Positions 42,400 through 59,046 of a stretch of DNA of 64,000 nucleotides are shown here, piece after piece. The notes below the pieces were generated by a model that had not been told where the DNA came from, did no database searches, and saw only the letters and a program-made list of their open reading frames with translations. A program made the translations under genes and the position numbers. The DNA comes from Eledone cirrhosa (taxonomy: Eukaryota), in NCBI GenBank assembly GCA_964016885.1, contig OZ024746.1:55118001-55182000 (forward strand), given 5' to 3'. The stretch's first letter is position 1. The number at the start of each line of letters is the position of its first letter.

Positions 42400-42755
42400 T
42401 GTATATATATATATATATGTATATATATGTATATGTATATGTATATATTTATATGTACACATATATATGTATATATATATGTACACATATATATGTATAT
42501 ATATATATATGTACACATATATATGTATATATATATATATGTATATATATATATGTATACATATATATGTATGTATATGTATATATATATATGTATATAT
42601 ATATATATGTATATATATGTATATATATATGTATACATATATATTTATACATATATATATGTATATATATATGTATACATATATATGTATGTATATGTAT
42701 ACATATATATGTATATATATACATATGTATATATATATATGTATATATATATAAG

Positions 42756-42808
<53 letters not shown>

Positions 42809-42855
42809 ATATATATATATATATAAGTATAGATATATATATATGTATATATATA

Positions 42856-44495
<1,640 letters not shown>

Positions 44496-44578
44496 CATAT
44501 GTATGTATATGTATATATATATATGTATACATATATGTGTATATGTATATATATATATGTATACGTATATATGTATAC

Positions 44579-44610
<32 letters not shown>

Positions 44611-44624
44611 GTATACATATATAT

Positions 44625-44677
<53 letters not shown>

Positions 44678-44709
44678 TGTATATATATATATATGTATAT
44701 ATATATGTA

Positions 44710-45035
44710 TATCATAAACTCTTTACACGACGGTATGCAGGGGACGGTGAAGTTTGACGGATCCCTCCGAGCCGTTCCCCATCTAGAGCGGAGTGAAACA
44801 GGATTGCGTCCTGGAGACGACGCTCTTCGGAATTTTCTTCTCCCTTGTCCTGTCCTAAGCCTTCAGGACATCCGAGGACGGAGTGTTCCTCCACACCAGG
44901 TCTGACGGCAGGCTGTTGAACCTCGCACGCCTCAGGGCCAAGACCAGAGTACGCCAGGTGTTCAACAGGGAGATCCTTTTTGCTGACCATGCCGCCCTAA
45001 CATCCACACCCACAGTTCTCCCAAGGCTGGTCAGC
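44710..45035 (+). mobile_element. RTE (BovB-like) RT fragment
   Basis: [48 protein letters not shown]. Confidence 0.85.
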
Positions 45036-45453
45036 TCCCTGGTACTCGCTTACCTTCGTGAGCCACTTTTTTTATTGTCATAAAATTCTCTAAATGGCTA
45101 CAAAAAAAATTCCAACCTACGGGCGGGAAATTTAATGAACTTGTTCACTTGATAACCATAATTTCATTTATAAACAATCGAATTACATTTTTAAAAAAAG
45201 CGTTCGTGAGCCCCTTTTTTTAAGTGAAAAGAAATTCAAACACTCATATATGAAAAAACAACCTGACCCCCGCCCTTGTTTGAAGAACTTTGTAACGCGA
45301 ACTGGCGCGAAATTTATTATACTTATTGACCAACCAATCAAATTACTTCTCTAAAATCCTGGCGTTTCGAGCCACTTTTTTCCATATAAAACAAGTAACA
45401 TTCAAAGACCAACCAGATGTGAGAAAAACCACAGACCGTCCATCTCAACACTA

Positions 45454-45489
45454 CTTTTGAAAAGCAGAAGAACTGCGAAACCGGTAAAG
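45454..45489 (+). ncRNA. Minimal hammerhead motif with U3-A8 core, inside a dispersed repeat (45415..45557); second copy 49895..50023 (-) with motif at 49953..49988
   Basis: ctt-TTGAAAA-gcag aagaa ctgc-GAAA-ccgg-ta-aag. Confidence 0.6.
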
Positions 45490-45558
45490 GCACCAAATAA
45501 ATATATATATATTTTATTAAATAAGACTCCAGTTGCATTTTCGATTTCATCTTTTTTT

Positions 45559-45608
<50 letters not shown>

Positions 45609-45612
<4 letters not shown>

Positions 45613-45675
45613 CATGTTACCTATGAAGTGGAATAGTCATAAATAGAGTAGAGATTAGATAGAAAGATAGAGTGG

Positions 45676-45729
<54 letters not shown>

Positions 45730-45800
45730 ACTTTATCTTTGTATCTAATCTCTACTATATTTATGTTTATGACTATTCCACTTCATAGGTAACATGAAAT
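45609..45800. repeat. Inverted repeat (~70-bp arms) with (TA)n centre
   Basis: atttcatgttacctatgaagtggaatagtcataaa... versus ...tttatgactattccacttcataggtaacatgaaat. Confidence 0.9.
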
Positions 45801-46072
45801 TTTAGACATTGTTAAAGTATTTCTACGTTTCCCTCATCACTATGTGGAGGTGTACAATCCATACTAATTACAAAACCAGGCTTTAGAAAACTTGTTAGAA
45901 TCATCTGTATGTAGACATACGCAAAATATTTCCAGACTGCATGTGTGCTTTCATAATTGCTGGCAGGTAAATTTATCTTCTATAGTAGATATAAAAGCTC
46001 TTGTCAGCTACACGTTCCTTGTTAGCTCCGTTTATTGAGTGATCTGTCAATTTTTAGTACACCGCCACCTCC

Positions 46073-46108
<36 letters not shown>

Positions 46109-46713
46109 GATGTGTGTGTGTGTCTATATATATAAACACGTAAAATCGAGACATCCGCACAACCTACATATACAAGCATTATAGCACTTGACCATATATA
46201 TATATATATACACCAAAGCACAAGCACACATAATCACATACAAACACATGACAATCACGCAATTACACCGCCTATGGACGTACATAGATATATACATACA
46301 TACTTACGTATATTGAAGACATATTGTCATATTCATGTATACAAATGCAAACATAAACATATATACATGCAATACGAACATTACAGCATGTATACACAAA
46401 AATACATGTGATTCGTTATATTTTTTCTTCCGTTTAATTTCATACATAAGTTCATATATATACATCTTTGCATAAACGTGTATATTTTACTAATCCAATA
46501 TGCATAGAGACATAAATTCGTATGCAATTTCGCTCATGAATGTATACACAGAAACATACACAGACACCCTTATACATATATTTATTATTCATGTATATAT
46601 ATATATATGCGTGTGTGCGTGCGTATAATATATATATACGTGTGTGCCTGCGCATGTGCATACGTATACTTGCACACAAACATACATATATATATACATA
46701 TATATATATATAC

Positions 46714-46833
<120 letters not shown>

Positions 46834-46834
46834 G

Positions 46835-46970
<136 letters not shown>

Positions 46971-47007
46971 TATACACGCATATATATATATATATATATA
47001 CATATAA

Positions 47008-47064
<57 letters not shown>

Positions 47065-47093
47065 TATACATATATATACATATATATATATAT

Positions 47094-47138
<45 letters not shown>

Positions 47139-47143
47139 CATAC

Positions 47144-47384
<241 letters not shown>

Positions 47385-47385
47385 C

Positions 47386-47502
47386 AGGCGTGTGGCTGAG
47401 TAGTTAGAGAATTGGATTCACAATCTTGAGGTTGTGAGTTCGATTCCTGGACCAGGCGATGCGTTATGTCCTTGAGCAAGACACTTTATTTCACGTTGCT
47501 CC
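47386..47502 (+). mobile_element. tRNA-derived SINE head (family B); related copy at 55830..55932
   Basis: A box tggctgagtagttag, B box gagttcgattcc, then tgtccttgagcaagacactttatttcacgttgctcc. Confidence 0.85.
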
Positions 47503-47606
47503 TTCTACCTGGAGTTGCGACCGATAGATAGTATTAGCAATTGGAAAGACCAACGGAAACATTGTTTCCTCGGTCCGATTTGACGAAAGTCGATCGAGTA
47601 AAAAAA

Positions 47607-47721
<115 letters not shown>

Positions 47722-48756
47722 GTATAAAAAAGTCTGTGAAATTGGAAGTTGGATGGAGGCGTTATACCACAGATAAAAACAATTCTGTTCTTTCTGAAAA
47801 GGAAAACCAGATCATAAGCAGTAATTAGTTGTAGATTAACTAATTACAATATAAAAAATATAAAAAAAAACAAAAGAAAAATATCTAGAATGTTCTTGTG
47901 ATTCCATCGGCTGTTTCTTCAAAATTTTGGCGGCGATGCATTAACGGATACAAACATACTATGAAAATCTACAAATAAAATTAGAAATACAATTGAAAGG
48001 AATATAAAAAGAAAGACTATTCCCATGTGTATGTAAATGTTCAGTAAATATTTGATAATGTTAAATGCTGACGATGTACAAATACACAAGTTATACAATC
48101 CGCATTATATATACACATATATAAGCGTACGCACACACGGATATACATACATACATACATACATACATACATACATACATACATACATACATACATAGAT
48201 ACATACACACATACATACATACATACATACGTTTGTGTACATACCGAACACTGCTTTTTATAATTTAAACAATATGCCTGTCTCAGCGTCTTTGGTGTCA
48301 ACTTGCAAGCAGATGACAACGCGAACCAACTTTCAACGACGTCGATAAAAAATAGCCTGAAGGAAGATTTCACAGCTGGTTCCGAATATTTCAGATCGCC
48401 TGTATTATTTAGAATGTTGTATAGAACGGCAGACATCTTGTTTCCTTTACATATCAAGAGCGAAACATTTCTTAATAATGGTTTCTTTATTTTTCCACCT
48501 TTATTTTGCTAAACTCCGAAAGAATACACCTGATTTATGTTTGAGTGATGAGAGAATAACAGCGCGAGAACGTGGAAAGTGAGAGGAATAGAGAGATTAA
48601 GCTATGAAGTATTTATTTTATGAATCAGATATAATTATTTTCTATATATTTATTTTTCATTTGATTTGATTTTTCGTTGAGAAGTATCTCATCTATTTGT
48701 ACCTGCTATTTTAGCGCAATAAATCGATGTGAGTGTGTGTGTGTGTGTATATATAC

Positions 48757-48836
<80 letters not shown>

Positions 48837-48837
48837 G

Positions 48838-49185
48838 ATATAATAATAAATGGAAAACTATATTTATAAAACCATAATTATTTTATTATATATATTTCAA
48901 GGGCAACCAAGGCAGTATTGGTGTGCTTTCATCAGATAAAATACAAAATTTGTTTTATAAATAGTGACATAGCCGTGGAAAACAACATTCACGGTTGAAA
49001 ATTTGCTGGATAGTCAGTGAATTTTCAACCGTCAAGGTTGTTTTCCACGGCTATGTTACTATTTATGAAACAAATTTTGTAATTTATCTCATGAAAGCGC
49101 ACCAATACTGCCTTGGTTGCCCTTGAAATATATATAATAAAATAATTATGGTTTTATAAATATAGTTTACATTTATTAATATATT
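48838..49185. mobile_element. ~350-bp hairpin palindrome carrying divergent hammerheads at 48881..48941 (-) and 49082..49142 (+)
   Basis: ~170-bp arms with a loop at ~49009..49014. Minus strand: ttttat-CTGATGA-aagcac accaa tactgcc ttggt tgccctt-GAAA-tatata-ta-ataaaa. The plus copy has CTCATGA. Confidence 0.88.
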
Positions 49186-49285
49186 GAATATTTACTCCAG
49201 TATTTGTTGAGTGCTCTACATATGTTATAAACTTTTAAGTTTGTTGGAATCCCAACGAATTAAATATAACTTATGCATATATATA

Positions 49286-49423
<138 letters not shown>

Positions 49424-49777
49424 ATGAAGAAGAAGAAAATAATAATAATAAAATTATTATAATTGTTTCTATTTTTCGTACGTGGCCAGCAATTAACCAC
49501 TGCATTACTGGTACTTTATTTTATCGACCCCGTAAGGATGAAATATATATGTGTGAATTTGAAAGAAGCATCAGAATTGGTTGACCATAAAAAGTTGTCT
49601 GATAAGTTTATAGACATGATCTCCGTCTTCAGGATTTTATACCCAACATATAACAGATTCATGCTTTCAATTGATACTTCATATCACTCAATGATTCTAA
49701 AATTAGATTGCGTGTATTTATGCACACACACACGCACACACACTCACAGGTACACACACACACACAAACACACATGT

Positions 49778-49837
<60 letters not shown>

Positions 49838-50486
49838 GAGGGTTTTTTACAAAATGAAAAAAAATAGATGTCCTACACGAGTGAAAGTATAAGGAAAAAA
49901 AGATGAAATCGAAAATGCAACTGGAGTCTTTTTAAGAATATTTATTTGGTTCCTTTACCGGTTTCGCAGTACTTATGCTTTTCAAAAGTAGAATTGAGAT
50001 GGAGGGTTTGTGGTTTTTCTCATATATATAAAGTATGCATGCGTACACACATATATATGTGTGTACGTTTGCATACTTACATTTTTTCATATATATATAT
50101 TAGGGATATGATATGTGTTGATGATAAAACTACATAAGGCATTCGGATATTTAAAGATCTAATGTAATTTTATCCACTTCAAGATTGGTGAAAGACGATT
50201 CCATTCTAAATGAATTAAATGCTAAATCCTTTGTATGTTAATCAAATATAAGTCGATCAATCTAGTAATGTGTTAATATATGGAATCGGATTACCTGTTA
50301 CAAACACAACTTTTTGGGGCGAAACAGATTAATCTCTCATCTGTCCGGGAAATATAGTTATTGAAACGGTCAGTACATTTTATTTTTATCTTGTATTTTC
50401 CGTTTGATTCAGAGTTTATATTCGTCAAACCAATGTAGTCTTACTACACCTGTAATTCTAATCACACAATTTTCTGTGATTATTCC

Positions 50487-50645
<159 letters not shown>

Positions 50646-50649
50646 TCTT

Positions 50650-50825
50650 ATGGGCCAAATCCTGGATATACTGCAATACCAGGCCAACCCGTGGCAAAGG
50701 CGGAGCAAGCCTCTAACTCTTCGCCAAGTTCTAAAAATCAGTTTAATATCGATGGTCCCATATAGGGACCATATCAGATAGTAAGCTGATAAGAACAGAT
50801 ACTACATTTTGATCTTAGCCAAAAG
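50650..50825 (-). pseudogene. RNU2: U2 spliceosomal snRNA copy lacking roughly the first 13 nt (probable retrocopy)
   Basis: Minus strand cttttggctaagatcaaaatgtagtatctgttcttatcagcttactatctgat, Sm site gatttttag, gcttgctcc stem-loop and cctggtattgcagta..tccagg stem-loop IV. Confidence 0.93.
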
Positions 50826-51927
50826 AAATGTTTTTCTTATATCAAAGTTTAATGGGCTTCCACTGATGATTTATAAACGCCCACCTAAATATATTCTTAC
50901 ATGAATGTATATTAGGCTTCTACATAAACTGGAAATATTCTCCGAATTTGTAGAAAACTTATAATGAAACAATTGTTTGGAAAGAGAGATATATTTAACT
51001 TTAATTATATCTCATAAAATAATACAACTGGCTTTTCCACATAATACATATTGTTAGCACCCCAAACACTTAAATTGGGTTTATATTAAAATATAACCTA
51101 ATGTTTGTTGAGTGAGATGGTTACCAGTCAGAGATTAGCTTTAAACTATCTCTGTTATTGTATTAATATTTTACTCTTGATTGGCCAGAGGTCTTTATTT
51201 CCAGGTACCTTATAAATTTGACTTTCCGTATTTATTACTGTTGTGCGATATTGTGTTTTTTTTTTGGTTGTAACTTCTCTGTTTTTTAGCCTAAGAAAAT
51301 ATATATATGCCTATGTATATAATTACATGCATACATTTATTTTTTTAAATTAATTGAGTTCTTTACACTAGGAATTGATATTAGTTTTGAAATAACTAAT
51401 TAACCCGCGTGTGTTTTATATTTTACTCTTAATTCGGCCGGAGATTTACATTCCCATTTGCCCTTTAAAGCATAACTTTCCGTATTTACTACGGTTACGA
51501 GATGCGGTTTCTTATTCAGGTACAACCTCTGATTTTAGCCTAAGAAAATATCTATATGCGTGTGTAATTTATACACGCATATATTTATTTTTTAAATTTC
51601 AATTGAGTTCTTAACACGTTGGATTGATAATGTTTTCGAATAAACTGATTAACCCGCGGGTATATTATTTTTTTTCCTCCTTTCGTGGATCGTAGTTGTC
51701 TCCCCTTCCCGCTTAGTGACGCTATAACACTTCCTCAGTCAAAAACTGCTGGAATTTCAAATTTGCCGGTCATTCGATGCGGGAAGGAGCAACTTAACGG
51801 ACACGATTTATAACCGTGGTAAGAAATGTTTTTCTTATATCAAGTTTATATTAAAATATAACCTAATGTTTGTTGAGTGAGATGGTTACCAGCCAGAGAT
51901 TAGCTTTAAACTATCTCTGTTATTGTA

Positions 51928-51930
<3 letters not shown>
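50823..51930 (+). mobile_element. Non-coding pLTR/retrozyme-like repeat with partial tandem organisation; family copy at 63595..64000
   Basis: aagaaatgtttttcttatatcaa at 50823 and 51821. 51080..51167 is repeated at 51846..51932. Internal ~250-bp duplication. Ends in (TA)n. Confidence 0.75.
50858..50982 (+). ncRNA. Hammerhead ribozyme motif with large branched stem II insertion
   Basis: ttcca-CTGATGA-t ttataa [~80 nt, two hairpins] ttataa t-GAAA-caattg-tt-tggaa. Confidence 0.7.
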
Positions 51931-51986
<56 letters not shown>

Positions 51987-52924
51987 GTGTGTTTGTGTGT
52001 GTGTGTATGGATATATAGGGAAAGAGATACGGCCGGAGATCAGCCGTCGGGGTCCTGATTCTTTTCCTATTACGCACTCTACTACCTTAATTAACGAGTA
52101 CGCTGGTGCGTTATAGCCCACCTCGCTACTTACCACACTTTCCCCATATGAATATATATATATTTAAATATGTGTGTTTTCGTGAGTGAGTGAATGTGCA
52201 TGTATTGGTTTGTGTCATTCGTTGGTTGCTCTCTCGGTTCATTTACGTCGGATAATCCGGCGGTCTGGAGGAGCGATTCGCAGGATAATCCGGTAACGAC
52301 ACCCGCACTATCCGTTATGATTTTTCCTCCAATCACTCTTCCAGCAAACAGCTCCACATTTCTGGCTCCATTGCATAAAATGTGTTTCTATACACGCGCT
52401 TTATAGCCGGGTAAATATGGAAATTTTGACATGGAGACATCAATAGATCGCACTTACCCCTCCGGCTCGGCTCCTCTAACCTCCATATACTTTTATATAA
52501 ATGTATACTGACACGTCTCCATCTATTACACAAACGGATCTAGCTCTCATACGCAGCCACACATCCCAAATGTAGACATAATCACACATGTATAAACGAC
52601 CCCCCTCATATACCTCTAGACATACATAACTCACACATTTTCATACATAACGCACACATTCTGATTAATCAAGGGCATGTACACATGATATAGCCCCACG
52701 TTCAAACAGGACACATGTTGTAGCCGTCTATGCCGAAACCAAAAGACATATAGACGACATAACTACAGAATAGCACCCCTTCCACCCTGAATTTCTAGAA
52801 TAATGGCTATTTTGCAAATGCCCCTATAGGAAAATTTACATAATGTTTATGTTAAAATAAAATGTCATGTTTACACACGGAAAAAACAAGTAGATATCTT
52901 TTATCATAAAAAGAATGATTGCCA

Positions 52925-54680
<1,756 letters not shown>

Positions 54681-54796
54681 ATATATATATATATATATAA
54701 ATCTTATAGTACACACAAACGTGCACAAACACACATGCACACACATATAATTATATGCAACAAATATAGATGTCCAAATATACATATGTTTGTATT

Positions 54797-54851
<55 letters not shown>

Positions 54852-55216
54852 GGAAAAAATGAAACGAAATTTCATTTCTCACTCTGTATGTATATATATA
54901 TGTTTGTATATATATATTTTTTTTCTGGCACAGGACAGAAATTCTAAGGGTCGGAGTCCAACAGACAGAGGATTTGCTTCGAAGTCACTAGACGTATCTG
55001 AGAAACTTGCGAATCCAGAGTCAGGTTCGATCCACAAATCGATCGCACCTCGAGCTATTCGCCGGAGAAATAATTGCAATACGTTAATGAATTTTGACCC
55101 GATGCATCACTGATTCTTCGTTTTCATATTATTATACTCGGCTCCGAAGGAACATTGTGTGCTCAACCGGCATACCGCCTATGGACGCATCCTAGCAAAT
55201 TTACTAAAAGAAAAAA

Positions 55217-55285
<69 letters not shown>

Positions 55286-55948
55286 AGTATGTATACGTAC
55301 ATACATCTATGTATACATACGTACAGTAGTATGTATGTACATACAAATATGCACACATATATATATGTACGTATTTGTTTGCATACTACTGTATACATAT
55401 ATCTAAGTCGGGTAAAATTCCAGAGATCCATGGACGAGTTCTCTCCAGCGGTCTCTGTCCCTCATTATCGCTGCCATGCCCTGCGTCTCCAACAGACCAG
55501 TCTCTGTCCTTAGGGCATCAACATACGTTAACCTTGGTCTTCCACTTCTACTGTGTCAATGTAGGGGCTCCTACAGGAGCACTGAGTGCAATGTCTACTC
55601 TGGATGTCGGTGAGCATGTCCAGCTAACCTCAGTCTCCTCTGTGTCACATATATGTATACATACATATATGTATACATATATGTATGTACATATATGTAC
55701 TGTATACATATATGTATGTACGTATACATACTTACATTTAAGTAACAGCCGTACTAACAGTGGAAATGAAATTTCATTTTCTCAATATATATATATATAT
55801 ATATTTATTAATATCTATGTGTGTGTGAAGACGCTGGGCTAAGAAGTTAGAGCGTTCGACTTGCAATCGGGAATGTTGTGAGTTCATAATTCAGAACGGG
55901 TGATGCGTTGTGTCCTCTAGCAAGGCACTTTATGGCCCAATGGCATAT

Positions 55949-56270
55949 TTAGGTCGGACAAGTTAGATGAACCATTGTGGCGCATTCCGTTTTTATTCTA
56001 TTTCTGATTGTGCGGGGTGTTAGTTGTTCAATCAAAAGGACTTCTTTGATTCTCAACGTGCCTATACTGCATTCGGTAGCCAAAATGTTCGTGTTTATTT
56101 TAGTCCTGGTTCCCCCTTTCATGATGACTTTGAGGAAGGAAGACCACTTGGTGTTAATGTTTCGGAGATGAAATGATCTAATAGCGCTGCCAATAAAGAA
56201 TTTTTTGCACTTGTCACATTCTAACCTGCATACAACATAGGCACGCTGGCAACATTTAGTATTGAAGAAA
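55949..56270 (-). mobile_element. PLE GIY-YIG fragment
   Basis: VVCRLECDKCKKFFIGSAIRSFHLR...ILATE....LRIKEVLLIEQLTP. Confidence 0.75.
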
Positions 56271-56542
56271 GGGCATACACTTATTTTAACTCGGATGTTG
56301 GTTTGTGGATAGGATTCTCCGCAGGGAAGGCTAGCCTGAACCAGTCTATTGGGGCCAATTCCTTTCCCTTTGGCAACATCGGTGGCGTGGAGAGGGGGGA
56401 CTTGTATCCATGTGTGACTGCTGGTCTCACACAAAGAAACCTTGCCAAGGCTAGTGCTTCGGAGGGACACTTTCTAGGGGAAAACCATGGTCATTAGTGA
56501 TCGAAGGGGGCCTCTCTGTCCTTCTCTCACTCTGTCTGTCTG

Positions 56543-56596
<54 letters not shown>

Positions 56597-56650
56597 AACA
56601 CACTCACACACAAACACACACACACACACACACATACACACACACACACA

Positions 56651-56691
<41 letters not shown>

Positions 56692-57265
56692 ACACATATA
56701 TATTTATATATATATAAATATAGTGAGAGAGGGGGGAGAGAGAGAGGTAGTTCTGCCCATAGTTTTGGCACGCGGACATACTCTTATTTTAAATACTATA
56801 TTAAATATATATATACATGCGTACACAGTTTCTATAAATACACGTAGACGTTGATATATACTTAACAAATGAATAATACAGTCACACACATATTCAAAAG
56901 TTTATCTGTTTATTTTCATTCGTTTGAGTGACATACTAAATGAAAGGAATTATGCTACACATTTAACATTACGGATTCGTAAGCGGGGACTCAGACAGTT
57001 CGTATAACTGTCATCTTGGTGATAACAATATATGCTTCAGAGAAATTCCTGAGTATCGGGTTGCTGGATTAGACTTCGTCTAACACTTCATTTTACTATA
57101 GAATTGAGTGCCACTTCATCAGTTAGTTAAAAGAAGCACACACACACACACATATAGTGTGTATATATATATATATATACAAACACACACACACATACGT
57201 ACATATATATATGTATAAATAGATATATGTATATATATGCATGTATTTACATTTATACATATATA

Positions 57266-57349
<84 letters not shown>

Positions 57350-57575
57350 CATATATATATAGAGATAGATAGATAGCTAGATAGATAGATAGATGTATAG
57401 ATAGATGTAATCCTTGATTGGTTCGTTAAAGTAGCAGTCCATTAAGTAATTACTTAAAAATTGATTAGACCTAACACTTGATACTTGGCCTGTTAAATTA
57501 GTTTGGACATATAAACACAAACACAACAATTCTCCACATGTTCTCAATATTCTCACACCTACACACATTTGTGTT

Positions 57576-57621
<46 letters not shown>

Positions 57622-58118
57622 TACGGGCACGCGTACACACCAAGGCATACAGACATATACAAGTGCATATGTACTTCTGCGTTAAGATAGTTCTCACATC
57701 AGTAGGAATGTCTTCGTGTCTTTAAATTTTCTTATTTCTAGATAATACGAGAATCAACGCTATACCTGATGGGCGTTTAACAAAATTTGCATTTACAAAA
57801 GGAAATATACAGAACATTTAACTTCTATTAAATTACCAGTCGCGTAGCTCCCCTCCTTTGGCTTCGTAGCATTGAAGAGAAGCTATGTTTAAAAACATGT
57901 GCAATAGAGTGGATTATCACAGACTGAGATAGCTCGACGGAATGTGATGGTGTTGGTATTTTTGAGAATTCAGCAATGTGTATGCATTTTAGAATCGTGA
58001 TAAACAGCCGTGAAGTTCGGAGTTCAATCTCACTGCGTAGACTTCATGCACGCAGCACACGAACGTGAAAATTAAACCGTGCTACCATGTTTCATCCTGC
58101 ACGTAATATAATGATTTC

Positions 58119-58475
58119 TACTATAGGCACAATGTCAGCAATTTTGGGGGAGGGGAACATCGATTAAATTGACCAAAGTGCATTACTGGTACTTTATTTT
58201 ATCAACCCCGTAAGGATGAAAGGCAAAGCTAACCTCGGCGGGATTTGAAATCAGATCATAAAGAGGCGTAACTTTTTGCTGCAAAGCATGTTGTCCGTTG
58301 CTCTAACGATATTGCCAATGCACCATTATATTGTGAACGTAATATAATTGCTTCAACTTCTGGCCAAGGCCAGCACATCACCAGTGCATTACTGGTACTT
58401 TATTTTATCGACCCCGTAAGGATGAAAGCAAAGTTAACCTTGGCGAGATTTGAACTCAGATCATATACGGCCGTA
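58119..58475 (-). mobile_element. Two SINE family A copies; another at 59537..59738 (+) and a partial one at 49463..49542 (-)
   Basis: tactggtactttattttatcgaccccgtaaggatgaaa..caaagttaacct.ggcg.gatttgaa. Confidence 0.85.
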
Positions 58476-58542
58476 CCTCCATGTGAACGTAATGTAATGA
58501 ACGCGTAATATACGCCACGAAATATTCAGATGATGATGTTTT

Positions 58543-58573
<31 letters not shown>

Positions 58574-58882
58574 CTGTGATCATGTTTGTGTTGTTGATGA
58601 TGATGATGATGCATATGATGTTTATGAGCACAATATTCATGATTGAGATGAGGATGTGTTAGACGATATAATAGAATTGACAACTCTACAATTGCAAATT
58701 TCCCTGCACCTAAATTTAGTTTCTGTAACCATAACTATCACGCATTACTTCCCCCTAATATTACATCATGCATGTAATCAGATACTACCTACTTACTTTG
58801 AAAGTTTCCGGAGTATTTGGTTCAATAACACACACACAACATATATATATAATATATAATATATAATATTATTTATATAATG

Positions 58883-58924
<42 letters not shown>

Positions 58925-58949
58925 AGATAATATAATATATAATGTAATA

Positions 58950-59046
<97 letters not shown>

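Noticed and set aside
47386-47460. tRNA-like sequence with A and B boxes
   Set aside because: Runs into a SINE body and the cloverleaf is incomplete; treated as a SINE.
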